Shown here: piece by piece, positions 1 through 8,972 of the stretch | Layout: each line of letters opens with the position of its first letter | How positions within the stretch are numbered: position 1 is the stretch's first letter | DNA from: an uncultured Bacillota bacterium | Lineage (GTDB): Bacteria > Bacillota_I > Bacilli_A > RF39 > UBA660 | NCBI GenBank assembly: GCA_958428295.1 | Contig: CAUAFL010000006.1 | Coordinates: 11,745 to 75,744 of the forward strand | Length of the DNA: 64,000 nucleotides | Direction: 5' to 3' | Program-made: the position numbers and the translations under genes | Notes under the pieces: model-generated | Told to the model about the DNA's origin: nothing | The model's input: only the letters and a program-made list of their open reading frames with translations | The model's database searches: none

Positions 1-1662
1 AAATGGATAATCACTTATTTGCTTTAAATTTGTCTTTATAGGCGACATTCTAGTTCTTAATATGATAGCTTCGCCAACTTTAAAGTTAATAAGCTCATCT
101 GCAGTAATTAAATCACGACCAGTAAGTGATGTGTCAGATGACAGATTGAAATCAACTTTTCCATATCTATTAGAAGATGATGTTCTAGTAGTGGCAATCG
201 TATATTTTCCAATTCTATTTGATAACTCGTGAGCGGTATTATAATCGTTTGTAGAGAGATAAACCCAATTACTAGTGTTAGACTTAATAGTACCAGCCAT
301 TTCTTTATAATTTTCTTGCAACTGATTAAAATCTTGAATTACTAAATAAAATCTAACATTTCTGGATCTTGCTACTGTAAGTTTTTTAGAAAATTCAGCA
401 ATCTTTACCATATTAGAAAACTCATCTAGTATGAAGTTTACCCTAACAGGAAGTGTACCAGAATTTTCTTTTTGAGCTTCTTCTACTAAAACTTGATAGA
501 CTTGATTGATAAATAAACTACCTATGAAATGCCTAGAAATTTTTTCATCTGGAATGATAAGGAAGATAGCAGTTTTTTTCTTACCTATGTCCCTTATATT
601 GAATGAAGTTTTACTAGTCATATAACTAACACCAGTATCTCCAAAAACTCTTAATTTTGACGCTAGAATGGAAAAAATAGTAGCCCTTGTTTCCCCACGA
701 GCAAAGTTTCCTGTAGAGTAAAGATTTTTTGCAGTACTTCCAAATGGACGATCACTAAAATACTTATCAAGTGAATTCTGATCGCCATACTTTTTAGCAC
801 CGTGTTCCACAAGTAAGTTATAGATAGAATGAAAGTGTATTTGACTTTCACTTTTTGCGTCTTCTAAAAGAGCAAGACATAATGCACTTAAAACAGAAGA
901 TGAAGACTCTTGCCAGTACTTATCACGACTAGTAACATCTTCACATATTGCACCTGATAAATCATTGATTGTTTCAATCTCTTTTTCAAAATTATTCTCT
1001 TTAAAATACTCATAAGCGATCGTGAGTGGATTCCAAAAATCACTATTACTTGTATTTCTTAAATTGATAATCTTAATATCATAATCTTTCTTTTTTAAAT
1101 AATCATAAGTAGTTTTGTAAAGTTCGCCTTTGACATCATTGATAATCATTGATTCGCCAGTGTCAGCTAAATTAAATATGAGTGGATCAATTACTGAAAC
1201 TGTTTTACCAGATCCAGTATTACCAATAATCAATGTATGATTAGAGCTAGTATCTACATAGTAATTATTATCATCTATTGCAACAACCATACCACCAGAC
1301 TTATTATTCTTATTAAATCGCCAAGTAGTAAAGTTTTTTCTTACTTCCTTAATAGTAGCAAAGGTACTACTACCAAATTCATTACTATTGATTCTTTTAG
1401 GTACACCATTTGTACTGTTAGAGTTTTTAATTTTAAAACTATATTTATAATATAATAAGGCCAAAAGAAAAAGACATTCTATTAAAGAAATGCCTACTAA
1501 AATATTTCTATCTTTTGAAACAATACTAATTATATCTAAAAGATTATATATAAATTTTAATTCAAAATTACTTTTCATACATACAACAAAATTAGTAATG
1601 ATGAAAGTAAAAAACAATAAAGAAATAATAACTACTAGTATGTAATTAAAATATTTCTTTAT
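1..1662 (-). CDS. Type IV coupling protein (VirD4/TraG/TcpA-like); C-terminus runs off the window start; start codon uncertain
   Basis: My translation of the minus frame is open from 1662 to 1. It gives IKKYFNYILVVIISLLFFTFII..., a second hydrophobic segment, Walker A LIIGNTGSGKT (1201-1227), and ...GRDLITADELINFKVGEAIILRTRMSPIKTNL at the window edge. It is absent from the ORF track because it is truncated and has no ATG/GTG/TTG next to its SD. Confidence 0.8.
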   Translation of the reverse strand, partial: MKKYFNYILVVIISLLFFTFIITNFVVCMKSNFELKFIYNLLDIISIVSKDRNILVGISLIECLFLLALLYYKYSFKIKNSNSTNGVPKRINSNEFGSSTFATIKEVRKNFTTWRFNKNNKSGGMVVAIDDNNYYVDTSSNHTLIIGNTGSGKTVSVIDPLIFNLADTGESMIINDVKGELYKTTYDYLKKKDYDIKIINLRNTSNSDFWNPLTIAYEYFKENNFEKEIETINDLSGAICEDVTSRDKYWQESSSSVLSALCLALLEDAKSESQIHFHSIYNLLVEHGAKKYGDQNSLDKYFSDRPFGSTAKNLYSTGNFARGETRATIFSILASKLRVFGDTGVSYMTSKTSFNIRDIGKKKTAIFLIIPDEKISRHFIGSLFINQVYQVLVEEAQKENSGTLPVRVNFILDEFSNMVKIAEFSKKLTVARSRNVRFYLVIQDFNQLQENYKEMAGTIKSNTSNWVYLSTNDYNTAHELSNRIGKYTIATTRTSSSNRYGKVDFNLSSDTSLTGRDLITADELINFKVGEAIILRTRMSPIKTNLKQISDYPF

Positions 1663-1675
1663 AGTTATAACCCCC

Positions 1676-3106
1676 TTAAATATCTTTGCCTTGAAGTTCC
1701 TTTTCTAAAAGTTCAAGCAAAAATTCTTCTTCTTTTTTTGTTTCAACCATTAAATAATAATTTGCTTTCTTAATAAATTGTTTGAATCGTAAATTCTTAT
1801 AAAATGATTTTTCTTTATAAGTATCATATCTTTCTTTAGTATATCCAAGATGTGATAATGCTTTATAAAAGTCAGTAACATTTATATCTTCTCTAGTATT
1901 AGAAACAGCATTAAATAGTAAATCTACATTATAATTGATTTTTGATTTCTTGATCCATTTTTCCAACAACTTTTTTATATCACTATCAGAGAGTGAAGCA
2001 AGTTTACCCAGCTTATAAAGTTCTGTTGCGTGTTTGATTATGGTAGATTTCTTTTTAGTATTTCTACTAATAAATTCCATATTCATTATATTGATTTCTA
2101 AAAATTCTTTTTGATATTCTAAAAAATCTTTTGAATTATAAACTTTAAAATTATATAAAATATCATTTCCAATTTTAGAGTAAAGTCTTTTCATTTTGTT
2201 TTCCACATACTTGTTATTTTTAGAATTACCATATAACTTTTTTTGCTCACGTTCTATTGATTCCAAAGAGTGATAGTACTTTTCAAAATCATATTTTATT
2301 TTGTCGTGATATAAAATCTTTTCTATAATTTTATCTATATCTTTACGACAGTAATCTAAATTTTTTGAATTATATTGAAGACGACCTTTTTTAGGAAGTT
2401 TTTTATAAAGACTTAACAAATCTTTATTCAAACTTTTTCTAAACTTATTAGAAAAAAATAACTCTTGATCTACTTTAGTATAATTACTTTTTCTAATTTT
2501 ATAATCAAGACCTAAAAGCAGATAATCTTGATCTTTATAAAAAGAAGTATTATCTACTAGATAAGAAGCAATATTACTTTTTAAATATTTCATAGCTGTT
2601 TTTTCTAATGTATCTTTTTTCCTAGTTTCTTCCAATTCAAAAAGATTTATGTGTAGATGTGGATTGTCGGTGTCCTGATGAAGACTAGCATACCACTTTG
2701 TATTAGTCAGATCCAAATCATTATCTAGTATAAATTTTGGCATAATAGCTTTAGTCATCAAATAATAATCTTGTTTTGTTTTAAGACCTGATTCAAGAGC
2801 AAAGTCTGGTGGAAATGATAAAACTAACGTCCACATACGACCTGATTTATCTTTAGGCAAATCTTTTAAAATATCTTGTTTTGAAACATCGCCGTTCTTA
2901 TCCCAGATATAACATTCTTCTGATTCTTTAGTATCATCATATATCCCGAGTTCTTTTTCATATAAGTCATTGACAGAAGAAAAATCTCTTAAAGATTTTC
3001 CATTTGCTCCGTCCTTTGAAACGTACTTACACCAACCACCAACTAACCTTTGAAAGTTCACATCTTTTTTATATCTAACTCTTGTAACAATATTACTTTT
3101 GCTCAT
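1676..3106 (-). CDS. Relaxase (MOB_P-like histidine-triad nuclease domain plus long C-terminal region)
   Basis: 476-aa ORF with the motif HQDTDNPHLHINLF (HxDxDxxHxH type, as in RP4 TraI motif III). Sits between the accessory RHH genes and the T4CP. Confidence 0.75.
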   Translation of the reverse strand: MSKSNIVTRVRYKKDVNFQRLVGGWCKYVSKDGANGKSLRDFSSVNDLYEKELGIYDDTKESEECYIWDKNGDVSKQDILKDLPKDKSGRMWTLVLSFPPDFALESGLKTKQDYYLMTKAIMPKFILDNDLDLTNTKWYASLHQDTDNPHLHINLFELEETRKKDTLEKTAMKYLKSNIASYLVDNTSFYKDQDYLLLGLDYKIRKSNYTKVDQELFFSNKFRKSLNKDLLSLYKKLPKKGRLQYNSKNLDYCRKDIDKIIEKILYHDKIKYDFEKYYHSLESIEREQKKLYGNSKNNKYVENKMKRLYSKIGNDILYNFKVYNSKDFLEYQKEFLEINIMNMEFISRNTKKKSTIIKHATELYKLGKLASLSDSDIKKLLEKWIKKSKINYNVDLLFNAVSNTREDINVTDFYKALSHLGYTKERYDTYKEKSFYKNLRFKQFIKKANYYLMVETKKEEEFLLELLEKELQGKDI

Positions 3107-3533
3107 CTACATTGTCCTTTTGACTTCGTAATTCACGAATATTTTTTAGTACTTGTTCTCTAGCCACTTCTGTTATAGGGTGGTTGACTAGATGAGTATT
3201 AAGTTCTGATCTTGTTTGTGGAATATCAAAATATTTATAAGTCATATCATTTTGTAATATGATAGTTTCAATTCCTATATTGTTTTTGTTAATCATCGTC
3301 AAGATTTTATAAAATTGTTTTTCGTTTGCGTCTGTAACTGTTTCAATAATAAGTTCTCTTAATTTCTTTTGACTATCTAAAAGCATTGTCTGATCCAAAT
3401 TGTCTAGTAAAACATTTTTACAATATTCACTTATTTTCATATTATTTTTGGACGCCTGATCTTGTAGTAATTGTTTTTTATATGGATCAACTCTAAAAGC
3501 AATAATATTGCCATTCTTATTTTGTTCTTCCAT
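3093..3533 (-). CDS. MobC-like relaxosome accessory protein (N-terminal RHH-like)
   Basis: 146-aa ORF. N-terminus IAFRVDPYKKQLLQDQASKNNMKISEYCKNVLL resembles the MobC/RHH pattern. Overlaps the relaxase start. Confidence 0.5.
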   Translation of the reverse strand: MEEQNKNGNIIAFRVDPYKKQLLQDQASKNNMKISEYCKNVLLDNLDQTMLLDSQKKLRELIIETVTDANEKQFYKILTMINKNNIGIETIILQNDMTYKYFDIPQTRSELNTHLVNHPITEVAREQVLKNIRELRSQKDNVDEQK

Positions 3534-3696
3534 TATTCAACATAATACAATCAAGATTTTCAAAGATATAATCTTTTAGCATATTCTCTAAAACTTCCTG
3601 AATTGTAAGCCCTTTAATTTCTAAAATTTTTCTAAAAGCATTATCTGTTTTATTATCTACGAGTACCTTTAAATATGTACTTTTTTTATCATTCAT
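3517..3696 (-). CDS. Small ribbon-helix-helix-like protein (59 aa), below the ORF-track cutoff
   Basis: My translation: MNDKKSTYLKVLVDNKTDNAFRKILEIKGLTIQEVLENMLKDYIFENLDCIMLNNGRTK. The pattern is strand-helix-helix. GGGGG SD lies 8 nt upstream of the ATG. The stop overlaps the next gene's start. Confidence 0.45.
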   Translation of the reverse strand: MNDKKSTYLKVLVDNKTDNAFRKILEIKGLTIQEVLENMLKDYIFENLDCIMLNNGRTK

Positions 3697-3844
3697 TTAT
3701 ATAACCCCCTTTAAATTCAAATTTAATCTAACAAATAAATTCTTTTATGATAGATTAAAATTTTTCTAATTTTATTTTTATCTTTATCAAATATAGTGTA
3801 GCAATTTCCAAAAAACAATTTCCATTTCCATAGAAAAGATTTCA

Positions 3845-3982
3845 TCATTTACCACCAGACTTTTTATAATTTTCTTTTTCCATTGATTCATCAGCTATAC
3901 TAGCAACCTTACAAGCACAAAATAAAAAAACTAATGAAAAGATTACTATATTGATGAATAATATGATTAAAAATAATTTCAT
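3845..3982 (-). CDS. Small membrane or lipoprotein-like ORF (45 aa)
   Basis: MKLFLIILFINIVIFSLVFLFCACKVASIADESMEKENYKKSGGK. AAAGGAA SD upstream. Hydrophobic N-terminus followed by Cys. Confidence 0.3.
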   Translation of the reverse strand: MKLFLIILFINIVIFSLVFLFCACKVASIADESMEKENYKKSGGK

Positions 3983-3997
3983 ATAATTTCCTTTCTT

Positions 3998-4303
3998 TTA
4001 GGCCTAAACTTCGGCCATAATCACGACCATAAAATAGTCAAAAACTCAATAATTTTAACAACATATTAAAAGCAGGATAAACCCTGTTTACAAACAACTC
4101 GCCAGTGGCGAGTTTAGCCTTATTTCATAAGGTATTGATGAAAAACACAAGTGTTTACATTTTACTAAATTGTTATACAATCGTTTACTTTGAAACCCTT
4201 ATAAAATCTAGGGTGTGTAACAATCGTACACACTTTAAACTTGATATTTTTCTAAATTCTCGCCACCTTTAAGATGTTTTTTTATAAAAGTGTTAGGCCT
4301 AAA
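3998..4303. promoter_or_regulatory. Structured non-coding block, candidate oriT / relaxosome assembly site
   Basis: Bounded by two identical TTAGGCCTAAA palindromes (3998-4008, 4293-4303). Contains a perfect 9+1+9 palindrome AACTCGCCA-G-TGGCGAGTT (4096-4114). Hairpins at 4118-4132, 4143-4156 and 4213-4233. GTTTAC occurs three times, ACAATCGT twice and AAACCCT twice. Confidence 0.35.
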
Positions 4304-4963
4304 TTATGGACCAACACTTGGAAGACTTGGTGCATAAGGTTTTAATTCTGGAAGTGTAGGTATTTGATACCCACCACCATTTGAATTGTCATAATCATAC
4401 AAGTTATATTCTTTTGCGCTAATCTTATTATTGATTACAATACTAGGATCTGTTCGTTCAAATTGTTGACTACTAGCATTAAATTTTTGTAAGGAAAAAT
4501 GAAGATGTGGACCAGTAGAGTACCCAGTACTTCCCATAATTCCAATTTGTTGACCTTGCTTAACTTGATCGCCTACATTTACAACCCTAGAATTTTCTTT
4601 AAGATGATGATAACCAGATCTATAAACTTGACCACCTAGTTTATGTTCTATAATGATACTTTCGCCACCCATATCTTGGACTTCACTTACAACAACTGTA
4701 CCGTCTGCAACAGATACTATATTAGAAGAAGTAGGAACGACATCTATACCAGAGTGAAAAGATTTTTCGCCACTTATAGGATCTATTCTTTCGCCGTATG
4801 GGGAAGTAATAGTATAGGTGTTAGTATCAAATGGAAGAACGAAAAAAGATTGATAGAAAGCCGTATCACTTCCAAAAAGTGCAGCCAATATGGATAGAAT
4901 AATTAAAACAATCATTATAATTCCAATAACTGGAAGAAGTGCTATAAGCATTTTTCCTTTCAT
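4304..4963 (-). CDS. Membrane-anchored M23 (LytM-type) peptidoglycan hydrolase of the transfer apparatus
   Basis: N-terminal TM helix. HSGIDV (HxxxD) and GPHLHFSL (HxH) motifs. Confidence 0.85.
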   Translation of the reverse strand: MKGKMLIALLPVIGIIMIVLIILSILAALFGSDTAFYQSFFVLPFDTNTYTITSPYGERIDPISGEKSFHSGIDVVPTSSNIVSVADGTVVVSEVQDMGGESIIIEHKLGGQVYRSGYHHLKENSRVVNVGDQVKQGQQIGIMGSTGYSTGPHLHFSLQKFNASSQQFERTDPSIVINNKISAKEYNLYDYDNSNGGGYQIPTLPELKPYAPSLPSVGP

Positions 4964-4986
4964 AATTCCATTAGTAACTTGTTTAA

Positions 4987-7341
4987 TTATCGTCCACCAC
5001 CTTTGCCAAAAAGTTCTTTTTCTTCTGTGCGAAGATGTACGAAGATAGGAATTCTTTTGTCGTGAGAAATAACAAAAAGTGCTTGTCCTTTTCCAGCCGT
5101 TTGTAAAAAACGGCGTTCATTATCACTTAACCTTAATACCTTTTGTAATGAAATGATTTCTTCACTTCCTTGTGCCATAATAAACTGATAATCTGAATTA
5201 TCTACTATAACTTGACCGTATCTAACAACTTCTGGAGAAGTAAAGTCAATCATATTTTGAGTACATACTATAAGACTTCCTGCATACTTCCTGATTCTTT
5301 TACTAGTCTTTTTCAAAAACTCTAAACCGTCCTTATTATCTGGATCAATAAGAAGATGAGCTTCATCAACAATTAGTATAACTTGTTCTTCACGATTCTG
5401 ACTTATGATGTTCCAACATAAAGATAGAATATTGAAAAATTGTGTTCGTAAAATTGTTTCGTCGCTTTCAAGAAGACTATGTATATCAAAGACGATTAAA
5501 TCAGAATTTAAGTCAAGATTACTATAATCATTCCATAACTTACTATCAACACCAGTAGCCATACGGCGGACAATAGCTTCTATCTTTTCTAATGATTTTA
5601 CATTATCATCATTGACACGTTTATCATTTTTTGCCTTATCTAATTCTTTTATTATTTCATTATGAAAATCACTTATTATAGGATAATCTTTTGAAGAAAG
5701 TGTACTAACATCAGTATCTAAAGTAATATTCTTTTTCTTATAAGTACGAAGTAGTATTTCTTCAATTTTAGTAAGTTCTAATTCTGTTAGATCTTTAAAA
5801 TAGTATTTAATAAATGTTCTAAATGTTTGTAAATGTCTTACAACAGCGGCATTATTATCTTCATCATTAGTAGAGTTTTTAATTTCTAATGGATTGATGA
5901 TACAACCTGATCCACTTCCTGCGTCTATCCATTTTCCATTAAGTGAAAGACATAAGTCTTTATATTCACGTTCTGGATCTACAATCAAAATTCTAGTTTT
6001 TTTAGAGCCACCACCACGAGCAAAATTACCACGTATAAGTTTCTTTATTAGGGTGGACTTACCACTTCCACTTTTACCTATAATACACATATTAGAGTTT
6101 GTTCTTTTGTTAGTTCTTTTCCATAAATCAAACAAAGTAAGACCGCCGTTTATGTCATCGCCAAGAATTATGGAATTACCATTATCTTGTATAGATTCAA
6201 AAACAAATGGAAAAGAAGCAGCTACCGTAGTAATAGGCATAGGAAGACCAAAACTTTTTTGAAGTGGCATTTCTAAAGTAGGAAGTGATGTTTTAAGGCC
6301 TTGTTCTTGTTCAAAAATAAGTTGTGATCCACGAAGATTAAGAGAAGACAAAGCTGACTTAATTTCTTTAACTCTTTTCTGTAATTCTTCTTGTGTATTT
6401 GCATAAGAAAAAAATACTACCGACATTAGTAGCATTTTTTCATTTTCACGATCCATTTTATTAGTAAGTTTTTCGTAATCTTCTAATTGATTTTTAAGGA
6501 CTATCTGATCGTTTCTATCACTTGTATTGATATACTTACTACGAGTTTCACTCATACCTTTTTTTAGTGTTTTAGATACTTCTACATTATCCATTTGTTC
6601 AACACTAATCATCATACGAGTATTTTTAATATTAGATAACATTCCTAACCAACTACCACGAGCATAGGACGGGAATGTATCAATAATCATACTAGTAGCA
6701 TAACAATCGCCTAGTAAAATGTCTTTATCATTAAATTTCATAGCTATAGGTGCGATTTTTTCTTTTAATGATTTCAAACTTGAATCTTGTTTAAAAACTT
6801 CTAGTGATTCGTTAGGATTAAGGAAAGTAAAAAGTAATTCCTTAATATCATCAGTTTTTGCTTGTTCTGATGATAAACCTATATTAGATAATTGAGAAAC
6901 AAGATCATTGATTTTTGATTTTAGTAACTTAATATTATCTTTGCTTTCTTCAATCAATAAGTAAAATTCTCTATTATTGACTAGATTTTTACTCATAATA
7001 TTATCAGCATAATTGATGTCTTCATCAAGTAATTTTTGTTTTATTTCATCATCAGTATTTTTAGCAAGATATACTAAATTATCTATGTGATCTGTAAGAG
7101 AAATAGGTTTATCTAGTGCTAGTATTTTAAAAGGATATTCCATACTTAATAATACTTTTCTAAACTGGAATATCTTTGAATCTTGTTCTTCACTAGAACA
7201 TAACTGTAGGTTAATACTATTGACTTTGATAACACCTACAATTTTGTCATTTTCTAAAAAGAGTAAGTCGTTCCATACTTCCTTAAAAGGAAGCCACTCT
7301 AAAATAGACTTATCAATCTTTTTCTTTTTATCCTTTTTCAA
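4987..7341 (-). CDS. VirB4/TcpF/PrgJ-like conjugative ATPase
   Basis: 784 aa. Walker A IIGKSGSGKST, Walker B ILIVDEAHLL. TTG start 7 nt after the GGGGG SD. Confidence 0.9.
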   Translation of the reverse strand: MKKDKKKKIDKSILEWLPFKEVWNDLLFLENDKIVGVIKVNSINLQLCSSEEQDSKIFQFRKVLLSMEYPFKILALDKPISLTDHIDNLVYLAKNTDDEIKQKLLDEDINYADNIMSKNLVNNREFYLLIEESKDNIKLLKSKINDLVSQLSNIGLSSEQAKTDDIKELLFTFLNPNESLEVFKQDSSLKSLKEKIAPIAMKFNDKDILLGDCYATSMIIDTFPSYARGSWLGMLSNIKNTRMMISVEQMDNVEVSKTLKKGMSETRSKYINTSDRNDQIVLKNQLEDYEKLTNKMDRENEKMLLMSVVFFSYANTQEELQKRVKEIKSALSSLNLRGSQLIFEQEQGLKTSLPTLEMPLQKSFGLPMPITTVAASFPFVFESIQDNGNSIILGDDINGGLTLFDLWKRTNKRTNSNMCIIGKSGSGKSTLIKKLIRGNFARGGGSKKTRILIVDPEREYKDLCLSLNGKWIDAGSGSGCIINPLEIKNSTNDEDNNAAVVRHLQTFRTFIKYYFKDLTELELTKIEEILLRTYKKKNITLDTDVSTLSSKDYPIISDFHNEIIKELDKAKNDKRVNDDNVKSLEKIEAIVRRMATGVDSKLWNDYSNLDLNSDLIVFDIHSLLESDETILRTQFFNILSLCWNIISQNREEQVILIVDEAHLLIDPDNKDGLEFLKKTSKRIRKYAGSLIVCTQNMIDFTSPEVVRYGQVIVDNSDYQFIMAQGSEEIISLQKVLRLSDNERRFLQTAGKGQALFVISHDKRIPIFVHLRTEEKELFGKGGGR

Positions 7342-7360
7342 ATTATAACCCCCTTATTTT

Positions 7361-7627
7361 TTATAAATTCATTTTGATATTATTGTAATCATCGTGGAAA
7401 ATACTATTCTTATCATCAGCACCCATTTCAAATAGACAACTTAAAATTTCATCTGATGACATTTTAGTAGTGATAGCATAATCAACAATAATATTGTCAA
7501 TATCTTCAACAATACTATTATAGTATGGTTGCCAATCTTTATTTCTAACTTTTTCTTTTGTATATTTTGCAATATTTTCTTTTGCTTTTAATAAAGTCAT
7601 ATAGACTTCATCATTTGTTTTATTCAT
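7361..7627 (-). CDS. Hypothetical protein (88 aa), paralogous to the N-terminus of the next gene
   Basis: GGGGG SD plus ATG. Its N-terminal 65 aa or so align by eye with 7631..8488 (TLLKAKE-I...DN-IVDY-I..KM...EIL.C). Confidence 0.6.
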   Translation of the reverse strand: MNKTNDEVYMTLLKAKENIAKYTKEKVRNKDWQPYYNSIVEDIDNIIVDYAITTKMSSDEILSCLFEMGADDKNSIFHDDYNNIKMNL

Positions 7628-7630
7628 AAA

Positions 7631-8488
7631 TTATAACCCCCTTAAATTTTTTGTTTCTAAATTCATATTGATACTATTATCAACATAATTGATATTACTA
7701 CGAGATTTTTTTAGACTTCTTTTATCACTAATGAAATTATCCAAATTGCCATATTTATTTTTAAATTTATCAAAGTCATTTCTGATGTCCTTTGCTGATA
7801 CACTATCATCAATAGAGTAAACAATAGCTTGATCTAAAGAAGAAAATTTTACAAGTTGTGATTTTTCAATATCAGAATTGTGAATATTATCTGATTTTCT
7901 ATAAACAAAATAATTATCATTATCTTGAAAAATGAATGTACCAGCTTTATTTACATCAATTATTTTAGCCATTTCTTTATCTAAAACTAGAATAGGCCTA
8001 TCCTTATCAATATCTAAATTGTCATCTATGTTAATAATACCATTATTAACTATAGAAATATTTTTATCTTTAAAAAAGTCTTTTTTATTTTCTTTTGTTT
8101 CTTCTAGTGTAGTAGTTTTCTTACGATCTTCATCAATCATTGTTTTTAACTTGTCTTTGACGAGTAGGACAATTTCTTCTTCGTATTTTTCCCTAATTTG
8201 TTTTTTTTTATGATTTTCAATGATTTTATTTTTAGTTCTTTGAATAAGTTTACTAGGACTTAAATTTTTGATTTTTTCCATAAACTTATTTTTTCCTTTA
8301 TGTTCATATAAAGACATAGCACAATCTAAAATTTCTTTGTTAGTCATTTTATTTTTAATTGTATAATCAACAATCATATTATCTAAACCTGTAATAATAT
8401 CATTATAAAAGCCATTATTAGATTTGTTCATTATATCTTCTTTTGCCTTTAATAGAGTAATCATTACATCATCTACTTTATTATTCAT
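7631..8488 (-). CDS. Hypothetical protein (285 aa): N-terminal domain shared with 7361..7627, Lys/Glu-rich middle
   Basis: GGGGG SD plus ATG. Contains an A9 tract (T9 on the plus strand at 8201-8209) inside the coding sequence. Confidence 0.6.
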   Translation of the reverse strand: MNNKVDDVMITLLKAKEDIMNKSNNGFYNDIITGLDNMIVDYTIKNKMTNKEILDCAMSLYEHKGKNKFMEKIKNLSPSKLIQRTKNKIIENHKKKQIREKYEEEIVLLVKDKLKTMIDEDRKKTTTLEETKENKKDFFKDKNISIVNNGIINIDDNLDIDKDRPILVLDKEMAKIIDVNKAGTFIFQDNDNYFVYRKSDNIHNSDIEKSQLVKFSSLDQAIVYSIDDSVSAKDIRNDFDKFKNKYGNLDNFISDKRSLKKSRSNINYVDNSINMNLETKNLRGL

Positions 8489-8505
8489 CTTTAACCCCCT
8501 TATCT

Positions 8506-8536
8506 ATAAAAAAAGATTAGTCAATAACAACTAATC
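8506..8536 (-). terminator. Intrinsic-terminator-like hairpin inside the transfer gene string
   Basis: GATTAGT-N8-ACTAATC (8515-8536) followed on the minus strand by a T-run (plus-strand A-run 8506-8514). Lies about 15 nt upstream of the SD of 7631..8488. Confidence 0.45.
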
Positions 8537-8696
8537 ATAATGTAAAAAAATAATATATATTATTCCATAAAAAAACAATCTCTATATAGCTTGAGATTGA
8601 TAAACTTCTTTACTTCATCAACAGGGCACTTCATTGCTATTCCCTGTTCACAATATAAGTATATATGAAATTGTCGTACTTTGTCAATATTTGTAA

Positions 8697-8972
8697 TTAA
8701 AATTTTTTATATTTCTTTTGACTTGACCTAAACTTTATCATTTTTATTATGATACTTAAAATATTGCCTGATCCATTTGGCATAGGCAAAGTAATTAAAA
8801 ATGTAAGAATAGGAAAGAAGCAAAAGAAGAATATTTTAATTAGCCCTGTTCCAAAAATTTTTGCAAGTATAAAACCTACAAGAACAGATAGACCAAGTAG
8901 TAATATCTCTTTAATTCCATATCCTTTAAATATTTCTCTTTTAACCCTTATGTTCTTCGGTATTAGATACAT
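8697..8972 (-). CDS. PrgI/VirB3-like small membrane protein
   Basis: 91 aa. N-terminus MYLIPKNIRVKREIFKGYGIKEILLLGLSVLVGF fits the PrgI-family pattern and is followed by two TM helices. Overlaps the VirB6-like gene. Confidence 0.45.
   Translation of the reverse strand: MYLIPKNIRVKREIFKGYGIKEILLLGLSVLVGFILAKIFGTGLIKIFFFCFFPILTFLITLPMPNGSGNILSIIIKMIKFRSSQKKYKKF

Noticed and set aside
663-851. Track ORFs antisense to or inside long genes: 663..851, 1237..1455, 4643..4897, 5894..6262, 7932..8213, 8749..9006, 9875..10093, 10223..10456, 13006..13227, 14725..14973, 15174..15362, 22920..23108, 23895..24233, 27112..27345, 31871..32065, 33890..34198, 34471..34707, 41807..41995, 42046..42234, 54966..55160, 56835..57062, 57508..57693, 58700..59020, 59716..59934, 60523..60741, 61058..61438, 62345..62566, 63223..63444
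   Set aside because: These are shadow frames of well-supported genes. They are low-complexity or hydrophobic artefacts of AT-rich DNA, with no SD.
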